Assembly (NCBI GenBank): GCA_030141605.1
Contig: JAQGDQ010001241.1
Location: forward strand, 1 to 52,837
DNA length: 52,837 bases
Reading direction: 5' to 3'
From: Tubiluchus corallicola
Lineage: Eukaryota > Animalia > Priapulida
Shown one piece after another: positions 1 to 12,671 of this stretch. A model generated the notes under the pieces. The model saw nothing but the letters and a program-made list of their open reading frames with translations, was not told where the DNA came from and did no database searches. Position 1 is the first letter of the stretch. Every line of letters begins with the position of its first letter. The position numbers were made by a program, and so were the translations under genes.

Positions 1-8
1 GAGAGATA

Positions 9-39
<31 letters not shown>

Positions 40-54
40 AAGAGAGAGAGCGAG

Positions 55-138
<84 letters not shown>

Positions 139-160
139 TGTGTGTGTGTGTGTGTGTGTG
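1..160. repeat. (GA)n followed by (GT)n microsatellite
   Basis: Read directly; mirror (CA)n(CT)n at 24786-24873. Confidence 0.95.
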
Positions 161-633
161 TATGTATATATTGTGCAAATAAGGATTTATCATCATCATC
201 GTCATTTGTTAGTTATCATAACATGGTTTGTCAAACAATGGGTGATTTACATTAATTTATTACGAAATTCAAACACTTGTAAACGCCATTTTGTCTTTCC
301 TCATGAAAAATTTCAATTATAAATATTTCTTCTCTCTTGCTTTGCTTTGTTCAAATAAGTTTTTGTCTAGGTTTATCAGATTTATATCAGACTTTAGGAA
401 GTCGCGAATCTAGAGGCAGGAAGTGCGATGATAATTTTCTTTGTGTGAAAAGATTGGAGTTTTTGCGTCATTGTTGTAATGCAGATAAAGTTTCCTTTTT
501 TTCAAATCAAACTGTGTTTGCTGTTGTTTGCATAAGATATTCAGGGGAGGCCATTTTGTTGTGCAAGTTCACTGCACGTGCTTACAAGGTCAAATCTGTC
601 TTCAAATTTGAAAGTTTTTATTGTGATGAATTT

Positions 634-1244
<611 letters not shown>

Positions 1245-2047
1245 CTCTTTATTTATCACCTTTTTACAAGAAAAAGACAAAGCATGAAATGATAATATGA
1301 TAATATGAAGTGACAAGATTATTGAATGAGTAAATTATCTGAGTTTAATGATGTTCAAGTGATTGGTGAGAGGGTGGCGAAAAACTAAAAGTTACCAAAG
1401 TCAACCACCCTGAAAGTAATGTTGCTATAAGGTTTGCAAAACTATTGAGATTAAGTTCAAATTTGAACATATTTGAACATGAACATAAATTTGAACATTG
1501 AAAATGGACATAAAGGCATAATAAATACATATAATATTGATATTCAAAGCTTATTCTTTTAGCTTTAACACACGTAAACCTTCCATGGATGCTTCTTTCT
1601 TTCAATTAAGCTTTCTGCATATTTGCGTATAATGTACTTTAAGTAAATTCCTTCGTCTAACCTTAATCTTCGATCATTACGTCTGTTCCACTTGTCTGTA
1701 CATGTTCGGACAAGATTCGGAATTACAGATCTTAGAAAGTACGCGTTGTCTGCATTCTGTTGAAACAATGTAAGTTAATGAACAATGCGGGAAACCTTTA
1801 ATTACAATAGTTATACTATGTACGCCGACGATTATTGCATTATTTTCAGTGTACAAGTGATCATTGCTAGGTCGTGCGCTCAGGCCCATTTGAAAGTCAT
1901 TTTGGATGTTGGGTTTACCTTACTGTTATTACCTAAACTTAGAAAAATAAAATAAATAAATTTGCAAAGAACTGTTTGTAAATCATAAAGTTAATAATTG
2001 CTGCTGTACAGAAAATTCACTTGAATATTACGATGTAACTGGTGGAC

Positions 2048-2157
2048 AAATCACGTTGAAAACACCGGTTCTCGTCTGATCACCGAAGTTAAACAACGTA
2101 GAGTCTGGTTAGTACTTGGATGGGTGACCGCCTAGGAATACCAGGTGTCGTAGGCTT
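2048..2157 (+). pseudogene. 5S rRNA-derived sequence, ~9-10 nt 5'-truncated (SINE head)
   Basis: ATCACGTTGAAAACACCGGTTCTCGTCTGATCACCGAAGTTAAACAACGTAGAGTCTGGTTAGTACTTGGATGGGTGACCGCCTAGGAATACCAGGTGTCGTAGGCTT matches metazoan 5S rRNA, including the box A/IE/box C region. There is no oligo-T terminator after it. Confidence 0.92.
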
Positions 2158-2583
2158 GCAGGATGCCCACACCGTATCTCGACACTAGGCGGAGGAGCTG
2201 TACAAGGCAGCCAACGGCTAGAGGGTGGAGGAGGTGAAGTGACCCAACGGCCATGTGTAGAGGAGTAAACCTTCCAAATCAGGAGTGGAGCCCCAAAGGC
2301 GGACCAGTGCAGCATGCTCACTGACGCCGGGAGCTCCTGCAGCCAACCTGGTGCAAAACGTATCGCTCCGCTTTCCTTTGGACTACACCAGGGAGGAAGA
2401 GAGGGGGTTCCTGTTGTCTGGACAACTCAGGATTTCCATACACCTTGCCCAGGCGTGCGCCCTGGAGACGTTCAAGGATCGGACTGCTCAGCCACAGTCG
2501 ACGCTGCAGCTTCATCAATGTGATCAATAACTGACTCTCTTGGCGCACACTCCATTGTCTTCCGAGACAGAAGGATGCCAACC
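2048..2583 (+). mobile_element. 5S rRNA-headed SINE (SINE3-like) with a bipartite RTE-LINE-derived body
   Basis: 5S-like head 2048-2157, then GC-rich RTE-5'UTR-like sequence to ~2470. Next comes the end of an RTE ORF (SRIGLLSHSRRCSFINVINN*, 2472-2534) and an RTE-type tail CTCCATTGTCTTCCGAGACAGAAGGATGCCAAC. Flanked by direct repeats AACTGGTGGAC (2037-2047, 2584-2594). Confidence 0.8.
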
Positions 2584-3289
2584 AACTGGTGGACTTCGTG
2601 ACTTTCCGTAAGCGCGCTGCTTAAACTAATTTTTAAGCTTTATTTATGAAGAGTGTTATTGTGTTTTGCTTAACAGCTTGAACTGATTGATTTAATTAAT
2701 TAACTGCAGTGTTTTTACTTGTAAAGTTACAGGAAATGTGACGCACTTCACGTTGGCTTAGTTCCCGGGACGCCGTTACCGAGTCGTTTTCGTTTTCTGG
2801 ACTTAGAAAAGTGTTAATAGACAAAGAGTGAGTTTTCGAGAGTGAGTTAAAGTAGTGGTCCTGCCATACTTATCAACATGACATGCTGGCAGGTGCTGGT
2901 TTATGTAACGATAGTCCTACTTCAATGTCGAACTGTGTAATTAAATGAGTAAAACTTTTTAATTTTACCATTTTACTGTATGACTGTATCATTATTATTA
3001 TATCTACTTATACTGTATAATGTATGAAGTTTAAAAAATGGGTAACTTTCTAGGGCATATAGATAACCTTTGACTATTATGTGTTAGTCGCGCATGTGCA
3101 AGACGATACAATTATTAGCCTACTTGTAGAACTTAATTCAATTTATTTTTTGAAAAAAACGACTCCATTCTGTTAAAGAAACCGGTTGGTTGACGTGAAA
3201 GAGCTGCTAGAATGAAAGAAATTAGCATCATTGAAGACGGAGGCTTTTATGAATGGAAAATAAATAGACGGAGAGTGGAGAAAGCGAGC

Positions 3290-3333
3290 GGAGAGAGAGA
3301 GAAGGAGAGAGAGGGAGAGAGAGGGAGAGGAGA

Positions 3334-3416
<83 letters not shown>

Positions 3417-3485
3417 GAGGGAGAGAGAGGGAGAGGAGAGAGGGAGAGAGAGAGAGAGAGAGAGAGAGAAAGAAAGAAAGAAAGA

Positions 3486-3566
<81 letters not shown>
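3290..3566. repeat. (GA)n-rich microsatellite
   Basis: Read directly; mirror (CT)n at 21574-21882. Confidence 0.95.
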
Positions 3567-3570
<4 letters not shown>

Positions 3571-6500
3571 TAGAAGACTAAATCAGCATGGAAATTTCCC
3601 AGCAATCCCGTCTTGTCAGGTCAGGAGCAGGTTGCGTGTAGTCATTATTGTTCAACAAACTTGTCACACCTGACACTAAGTAGTTCATCGGGTTTTTTTT
3701 AAACCTTTTTGTGTGAATTAAATTCACATAATTTACGTCCCCTACTTGACGTACCCATAATAAGACCTCGGTAATCATCCCCTGGCACGTCACAATACAC
3801 AGGTACACGTCTGTAATTTTTTTCCAATTTGGTTGAAAGTGCCAGCGTAGTAAGACCTACTAAACAGAATTCTGTCTGTTCTGCTTTATCAAAAGTAGAG
3901 CTACCGTTGCATTCCCCGAGAGTGCCAGCGTAGCAGAGGCACGGTGGCTCAGTCAAGCAAACAGCGTCTGGGTTGGTATAATATTAGCCTTTGAACAAAC
4001 CTATTTCACTTGTACTTGTGCATTGCTAGAGAGCGGGTTACGTGCTGCAAGTGTGTTTTTATTATGACGGCAAGAAAATTCGTCTACACGCTAAGATAGT
4101 GGACTGAATTTGATGGCTGATTTTTTGGCTAAAGTTGTCTTGAAAAAGTGTCGTTTACTAAAATAAAGCTGTTGAGAGATCGCTGAATGAAAAAGACTAC
4201 ATCGAACACGCCTTGGGCAAGAGACAGCACACGAGCTGCTCACACCACAGACTGCAATAAATTTGCCTCTCGGCTTGTTGAATTAAATAAATTAGTCGAG
4301 CGACCACAAACTGCCTGTCTATCTGTTCACGCCGTGTTCATCGACTGGGAATTTGAAACTTTAGTGATAGATAGAAGAAGAAGTGTTGCTTATTGGATTT
4401 ATAGTTCTTGTGTTGGCTAGAAGTATCAGTTTTGTCTGTTTCGAATATTGGCAACATGCAAAAACGTTTCACAGACAAAATAATGAAATTCTACATTGCT
4501 AACCTGGAAAAAGAGTCAACAATCGAATTCCGGTTGGACTGACAGCTTGCGAGGGCTAAAGAATCGTAGCAGGATAGACAGTTTGATTGAATTCGAGGTG
4601 GCAAATTAAGCCGAAGCAAGTTTGGAGAAAGATTATTGCACCTTTTGTGCTTTAAGAAGATTTCGCTATCTTCAAGATCGTTTTCTGGGGTCTCAGAACT
4701 GTCATTCCTGCGGTGTTAAACGTCTTATGTTGGTGTAACAGGGCAAAGACAGACGGGGCTCGAATGCCCGGTTCTTCTGCCCCTGCTGAGCTGTTTGTAA
4801 CAGAAATTTTGCTAGAAGCTGAGCGATACTGACAGAGAACATAATTACCGAGTGAAAACTCATTGAAAAGTGGCCGGATTTGCTGGATTAGCGTTGCGCG
4901 ATATTCCTGTAATCCAGCACGCAATAAGAGCGTTTCGTTTCACGATATCAATGTCGTCGAATTGTCTAGGTTCTGCGCTCTGTTATTGTTATTATGCGTC
5001 TCTATACCTTGAGGCATGAAATTAACGTGTTTGAATTCGAAGCGAATTTCGTTTATGAAGTAACAACACCTGAACATCAAGAGCGGTATTTATGAAAGCA
5101 ACACTTGTAGCAGAGGAATTCTAGATAAATGTAAATTTGATGAAGGTATTTTTACGTGATTATTAGGTGTCGAAATTAAACGAACTTACGCGTAATTTTA
5201 CAACCGAAAAACCGACTTCTGTCAATTCGCCAAAATTAGAAACTAAATAATGTAATTTACGCTGAACCGCATACCTGCTAAAATAACTTCAACCGTCCAC
5301 GTAACAAGAAGAAAGAAAAGAAATTGACGCTGCGGGCGTATAACTGCAAACGAACAAACCGGAAGGGGAATATTTTTTTACCGGAAGTGCACCTAAAACA
5401 CACATCATGCCGTATCAACTAAGCATTTCTCGAGTAGCGGAAATAGAGATGATCTCTACGTGTCATCATCAACTCAATTTTAAAACCAGTCATTATTTCG
5501 ACAGCGTCCAAAGTCACATTAGTCAGATGCAGGTGAGTACTAATAACACAGTTTGCCGTATTTTTTTCATCATAGTTATTTCGCAGTGAAAAGCGCCGTT
5601 TTGGTCACCATTTGAAATCAACCTCTTTCTGGTAAATATACGTTTCATAGCTCAAAAAAGGAAGTCGTATTTCTGCTTTGAAACAATCAGTACGGAAAAC
5701 GAGTGAGAATAAATGTAGGTTGTGTGGAAAATCAAAGCAGCAGGCGGAAAATTACTACGTCATGAGCAATTATTACTTTCCGGTCAATTAATTTTTACTT
5801 TTGTTAAATTATCGGTGTTAATTACGAACCTTGTACTGCAGTGGAGCTCATTTTTTCTGTACTAACTTATTCTGCTTATCTAATTTGAGAAAACATTTTG
5901 CAAACTGGTTAAGTGAGTAAATAAGCCCGTATTAAGTAGCTAAGTTAGTGAGCACGCAAGCAAAAAAGTACAACAACATTAATGATGGTGATGACGATGA
6001 TATTTGTACAATATACATTAGTACAATATATACATATACATATATATATATACATGCAAGGTCTCTATTTGCAGACCGATAATTCTGCACTTTATCATGA
6101 TATAAGAGTATATATTCAACACGGTCAATTATAATTATGTCCTTAATACACGTACCGCAAACTTGCTTATAAAACATTTTAGCAATTATTTATAATAATT
6201 AAGATCCATAATAACAGAATTTATTCGCTGGGATTATTTAGATTACACTATTAGGAAAGCATGAAAAATGACAAACTTTTCTACATGCAATGTTGCTTAC
6301 AAATATATAAGAACAAGAACTTTTGCTAAAATTTACCATAAAACTAAGATTAATTTTGCTCCAGTTATTCATATATGTATATAAATATATATACACATGT
6401 GTGCGTGACTTAAAATTTACGATAAAACCAGGCTAAATTTTGCTGAGTTATACATATATGTACATAGAGTTATACATATATGTATATAAATATATATACA

Positions 6501-6857
6501 TATGTGTGCATGAGCTACAATTTATATTATATTGGGCATTTAACCCTGTTATATCCCTTTACAAACTGATAAGATTAAACCGTCTCTCGCAAAATTACCT
6601 AGAACTTTATTTAATGCTTCTTTTTTTAAAAAAATACGCTGGTAATGTTTTCCCCCTGTAGGGTTTCTGATAGGTGTTTTCTTAGGTTAGCGTCTACTTT
6701 GTTACATCTGTATATTAGCTGTTCAGGTGTTTAAATTTCGGTGCTGCATTCGGTGTAACATGTAATAAAAGAAGCGTGCAGTAAAACACAAGAAGAAAAA
6801 ACGTAATAATGTTGACATTTGCAAAAACTGTTAATGAATTCTGCATTAGTGTGTCCT

Positions 6858-7062
6858 TGTTGATCATTGTTGATCATGTGTCATTGTGATCATTGTGTCA
6901 TTGTTGATCATTGTGTCATTGTTGATCATTGTTGATCATTGTTGATCATTGTGTCATTGTTGATCATTGTGTCATTGTTGATCATTGTGTCATTGTTGAT
7001 CATTGTTGATCATTGTGTCATTGTTGATCATTGCGTCATTGTTGATCATTGTGTCACTGTTG
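6858..7062. repeat. Short tandem repeat of TTGATCATTG / TGTCATTG units (~18-bp composite)
   Basis: Read directly; mirror at ~18085-18290. Confidence 0.85.
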
Positions 7063-8593
7063 AGTATTCAATTCTCACATCAGAGGTGCTCTTAATTTCC
7101 TCGAATGTGTTCAGAGATTTGAAGCAAACTGAAGAGTTTCCACTTCTACTCTCGGTTGACTTGTCCTTTAATCTTAACACATTATGCTCACATCATGCTA
7201 TAACAAACGCGCTTGTTTTTTTCCAAAGTTATTGTTTATATTGATTTGCTTCAAATTCAATATTTTGTCCTTTAGTCAGCCTTTTTAAGTTCAAAATAAA
7301 AAATGTTCTAAAATATTGAAATCTAGAATAGCTTTTTTAAATCAAAGCTTAGATTAAATAATAATTACCCGGGTTAGTTAAATTTTGTTAAACTTTCGCA
7401 GCTACGCGCGGCTGAGACTGACATTGTCACATTCGCGTGGCCGACAAATAGCTAGGAGCGGTACCGTGATAAGCATGATCATGAACTGCAATGTTCGTTT
7501 GCGACGTCAGTTGACGTAAAGCCCAATTTCGTGACATCACATCAGCGTCTTATAGCAATATTCGCTTACGCAAACGTGCTTGACTCGCACGGAAGATGCC
7601 TACCATTGCCGAAACTGTGGTTAGTTTGCGACGTAAGCGATAGCTGTGTTCGGTTGTCGTTAATTAACTTTCCAAGATAATTATTCTAATAAAAGAAACA
7701 ATTGCTTACTTTTATAAACAAAAAATGTATATTTTGGACAGTGAATTAAGATGAGATTGAGTACAATCAGTCATCCGGTTTTCTTTTAATATTAAATCGG
7801 TGCACTGAATGATTCAAAAGCGAAATTACCAAACTCATACATGACTGGTTTTTATTGCAATGTTAACTTTCTGATACAGCCTCATAAACAGTTGACTTGC
7901 CCTTTAATCTTACCACATTATGCTCACATCATGCTATTGCAAACACACTTGCACGTGAATGAAAGTTTCTCACAAACAATAGATCAGGTTTTGAATAGAA
8001 TATTTATTGGTCTGTGAATTTTTATACACTCTTGTGATATTCATAGAATTAATGCATGTTTTATTAAACGATCAGACGTCAATAGCTATAGTCATTTGTA
8101 CAAGTATATTTACTATACAGCCCAGGTGTGGCAAATAAAATAGAAGTTCTCGTCGACTTTCAAGTTGGCAAACAAAAGTTATGCATTACTTTAACTCTTT
8201 ATTTCTTTATTGTAGATACATTTATTCCTGCGCGAGCTGTGTTAGTTTTTATCTGTAGCTTGGCTGTGCAAGTCTCTCTTTTCGAATAACGGGTCGAACG
8301 CATAAAGCTAATAGGATAGCTTTTGTTTAATAATATGACATGCGGATATAGTAAATACCTATCTAAATATACTATAAACAAATATCTAATATACTATAAA
8401 CAGTTCTAGGGGAAGGATAAACATCCAAAAAATTATAGCGTTTCTTGTTTCTACAGACAGGAATACATCCGATTCTTGAGTAGGAAAAGAGGAAATGATT
8501 ACTAAAACTTGTGTAGTAATTTGTTGGACTATTGAATGTTGACAGTTATTATAAATATCTGCTAGTCTTATTGTAAAAAAGATAATGTAAATG

Positions 8594-8770
8594 TTCGATC
8601 TGTTTTATACCTGAACGTCGTTTAACAGCTTGTGGTGTGTTAATGAATACCAGCACCACTGATTGCAGAGTTCATAATAACAGGATGCAATTTCGATCTA
8701 TTTTATACCTGAACGTCATCGAACAGCTTGTGGTGTGTTAATGAATACCAGCACCACTGATTGCAGAGTT
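8594..8770. repeat. Local direct duplication of ~78 bp
   Basis: TTCGATCT..TTTATACCTGAACGTC..AACAGCTTGTGGTGTGTTAATGAATACCAGCACCACTGATTGCAGAGTT occurs at ~8594 and ~8692; mirrored in the right arm. Confidence 0.8.
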
Positions 8771-9529
8771 TGCATATTCATAATTTCATAATAACAGGAC
8801 ACAGTTTTGCGTAATTCATAAGTATTTTTGCCTTTGTTTTGTTGTAGCATTGCAGTTTGCTACCAAGCTGTATAAACAAACTGTGTGATTTTATTGCTTC
8901 GTGCCCCGTAGTTTCACTAAATAACTTCCTTATATCTTAAACCACAAAACTGCTTATATTAGTGTCATTCCTCCCAGGGCCATAATTCAACATAATGTGC
9001 ATTACCTTTACACGAGAATAATGCGCTTAAACTCAGTTGCATTACGAGCAATACCTTTATACTCGTTACATTTGCAAATATTCGGGTGATTACCTGCAGT
9101 TTAACTGTAAATCAAGATTGCATACTTGCGTTTGTTGCACAGCTGTTGCATGGGTTAATGCACTCGGCGCTGCCAATTAGCAGGTAAATCTACCTGTACC
9201 TTGTTTGAGTCATACCGTATTGTCAAAATATTTTAAATCAGATGTCATTTTAAGTCACGCAATGCTTGTCTTTTTAGCGGCTTAAGCTTTCTTGACCATC
9301 TTAGATTGTTATCCAAACAGATAATAAGCTTGTCCGATATTTCGAGGATGCTTTTTCAAAATGGAGGTTTAAGAGGGGTTCCAGCTTATTAATTTTGCTA
9401 AATGCCTTCAAAGCAGAAGAAAACGCTCTTCATAAGTAAACCTTAAATGGTGCGTTTTGGAATTTTATATCACTTAAGTACTGTCTCATTGCGCATAGAG
9501 CTTGTATTAGCAGTAACGCTGTATAAAAC

Positions 9530-9876
9530 TGTTGTGGAGATTCACTAGAATTAAACAGAATATTGTAGAATGTTCTGTAGTATAGTAGAACAATCTTCTT
9601 ACCTTGTAGAAGTTTCGAGAACTTTCTATTTCTTCATTGTTCCTTGGCACTGATATATAAGGCCGCCGAAGTTTATTCTCTCAAATTCTCTTGTATCCTC
9701 GTATTCTCAGATTCTCAGATACGCTTTCAAGTTTCCAGATCATCACATTCACTGTAAACATTTCGTGTTCCTTCATACTTTTGTGTTGTAGAATTCTCGT
9801 ATAATAAACTAGTTTAATTTGACAACGTGTTTTCTGGTTTTCTCTACGAGCCTTTCGAGAGAAACAAAACACAACA
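9530..9876 (+). mobile_element. Solo LTR of an LTR retrotransposon
   Basis: Starts TGTTGTG and ends CACAACA (7-bp inverted termini, TG..CA). 5-bp TSD AAAAC at 9525-9529 and 9877-9881. Internal TATATAA (~9654) and AATAAA (~9803) lie in the expected order. Confidence 0.8.
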
Positions 9877-12441
9877 AAAACTTCAAAATTAAACCCCTGA
9901 GTGACCGCTAGGTGTAACATTGCGTAAATTTCGAAAAAATAATCAGAACATTCGTAGTACACTCTTCGCTAACTATGTAAAAGTTAAAATTCCTTTATTC
10001 TGTCAATAAGAATAATAATGTGCTTTTGGTGAGTCAGTGGTGCACATTGGGATGGCGATGTGGCGCCATTTTACAAGATGGCGTGAGTATTTTAAATCAT
10101 TAAGAATGTTCTTCACCAATTACATAAGTCTTTCGAATAGATAAGCATAATGCTAAGTAGCATAACTTTGTATGGAAAGTTTGTTGGGACAAACTTTAAA
10201 TTCCATTTTCTTACATTTATGTAGTTAGTATATTTCTATAAAGTGGATATTATTAGTGTTAGTCTTATTGTCCAAGTCAGTAGATTTGTTTTTAATCACT
10301 AAGCCTAGAAATAATGAAGTTGAACTCAAATCAAAACATATTTAACTCCTGTTGTTGATTAATAGCATTTTAACCCAAAGTGTTTTTATCATTTCATAAC
10401 AATTATGACCTGTATTTCACATAAAATCTAAATGCAATTTTTAGTTTAATCAAGATTGACCTTATTTTGTTGCCCGCTAATTAAACTACATGTATATTCT
10501 TTTCTCTGGATTATATAGAAAATGTCATAATTTTAAAAATTACTATTGTTTCCTAAATTAAACTGATAACATTAATGCCCACCAGTGTCTAACAAATCAT
10601 TTTATCTATATTTGGTAAAGGATAGCAGACTAGGTGACTTTATAGTCTTTTCGCTATCCTTTCTCTAGTTCTAGATCTATCTATACATTTTAACCATTCT
10701 TCAAAACTTATTAGAGATTCTTTTATTAATTATGTTTTATTGTAACATTATAAAGAGATAAATAAATTAAAATTGAAAATTGAATTGTATTGAAATTGAA
10801 ATTGGATATTTGCACGATCCTCGTTACAGCTTTTAATTTCCAGAATGTTATTACGCCGTATTTCGATTTTAAATAATTTTCAGGCCTCTTTCCATTGTTT
10901 CGGTACGACAAGCGCAGGTGGCAGCACCATCGCTGCAAACACTGCTCTGCTACAACATTATAGCGTATTATATAACATATGTCGGACTAATTTCTCATAA
11001 AAGAACAGTATTATTGGACAATGTGGGAGGGATCAATGATTCTTGGCTTCGAGTATTCGTTGTACTGCTCGCTCTCATGTCCAGACGCTGATTGGCAGTT
11101 TATATATAAAATCGAATATATCGTTTTTTCCTCGGGCTTCTTATTTGCGGAATTCGTTACCACTAAACCTCAACCGCTTCAAAAAAGATCGTCCCTACTC
11201 ACTACACCTCTCTTCTCTCTTACAACTGGCAATTAACTTAGAAATACTGGATATATTCGGCACTATCTCCGAGTTTTTCCTCGAAACCAAATATTAATCA
11301 TCAGATTTGAAGACATGATCAAAAACATGATGTCTACGGCTCGACAAGTTCCTAGGATTAAGAGACTTGTACCCTGCTTGTTGGTACTTATGAAAAGTGG
11401 AACATCTTTCAGTCCTGTTCCATTTTAAAGTATGGCAACTTTATTAACTAAATAGTAGCTTGGAACAGTAATTATTAGCCGTGTAACTATAGCTAGCGAT
11501 GACGTCACAACTGAACGTAATTATTATTATTATTATTATAATTTTTTATTTAAAATTTAAAATTGAACGCATATACAAATATTTACATAAAATACATACA
11601 GGGACCCTCTATTTGCAGGGTATGGTTAAAAAAACTTTGTAAATAAAGTAGCTGTTATATTCGTAAGACTTTTAAATACTAATAAATCAATATACCAATA
11701 AAAGAACAACTAAAATCAAATAGTACCAATTTACACAAGACGACCTGTATAATATAAAAGTGACAGATATAATATAAAAGTTCAATAATTTATACTAAAG
11801 TTTGTAAAAACGAATCACACACTAACTCAGAGAAAGTAACCAGCAGGTTTTTGTCTCGAGACGTATAAATGTTACTAATGTTTTGAAATTGTAGGCTATT
11901 TGCTAGCGCTAATCTTTTATTTTCGTCGACCAAAGTACAACGTAATTAACGGGCATAAATTTTCCATGGACCCTGTTGCATGTATTTTAAGAGCAGAAAT
12001 GATATTTTCCTAGGCTTTGTCTGTTCCACCTGCCGAAAAGCGATGAATTAAATAGGTATGATAACATCAGAAACGTTACACCTTGTGTAATACTATACGC
12101 CACTTCAAAAGTCTGGTATAAATTCTCTGTGTACTTTGTATATTTTTATTTAGTCTGCTGTACAAGACGAACTTTACCTGAGCTATTTAGCGGTCGTTGT
12201 ATTCGTAAACCCATTGAAAAAGTAAGAGGTGTCTAAAAACCCCTCGAAGTTAGTAAAATTTTATTACACACCATATAAAATCTTGGTCCATAAACTCAGC
12301 TGACCCGTGAAGAAATGTAGCGCTTTCTGCTTGCCTACAGTTGGCCAGTTTTTAGCGATTTTGTTATTACGACTTACTTTCTGCGTTGAACAAACACATT
12401 GATAGTCAATAAACGAAAAAAAAGAGGCGGCGGATCTGTGT

Positions 12442-12671
12442 CGTATGATGCGAGCACCCCCTGCTTTGTTTAGCAGAGATTACTGTCACAGTTTCAGCGC
12501 AGAAAGGATAACGAGACACGCAACTTCTGTCCTATAATAATTATTTTCTTCTTGTGCGGAAATTAGTGTCGATTATTATGAGCAGTGAAAGAAAAGGGTG
12601 GGGGGGGGTGAACTGTGCGGTTGTCCACTAAGTGTGTTCAGAAATTCTTTTCTTGTGGTAATCATTCAGTA
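12442..12671. other. 230-bp unique spacer (loop) of the large palindrome
   Basis: Non-self-complementary sequence between the two arm ends; contains a G-run at ~12596-12610. Confidence 0.92.

Noticed and set aside
2048-2157. Functional 5S rRNA gene
   Set aside because: The 5' end is missing, there are substitutions in conserved positions and no oligo-T terminator, and it is fused to LINE-derived sequence.
3699-4924. ORFs conserved between the two arms as real genes
   Set aside because: Conservation only reflects the duplication; the ORFs are short, often have non-ATG starts and show no recognisable domain. Small spliced exons cannot be excluded without RNA-seq.
5359-5389. ETS-like CCGGAAG(TG) pair as a promoter
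   Set aside because: No associated gene or transcript evidence; such motifs are also common inside DNA transposons.
10980-11346. Second solo LTR (TGTCG..CGACA with ATTGG and TATA)
   Set aside because: Flanks do not form a TSD and there is no clear poly(A) signal; plausible but unsupported.
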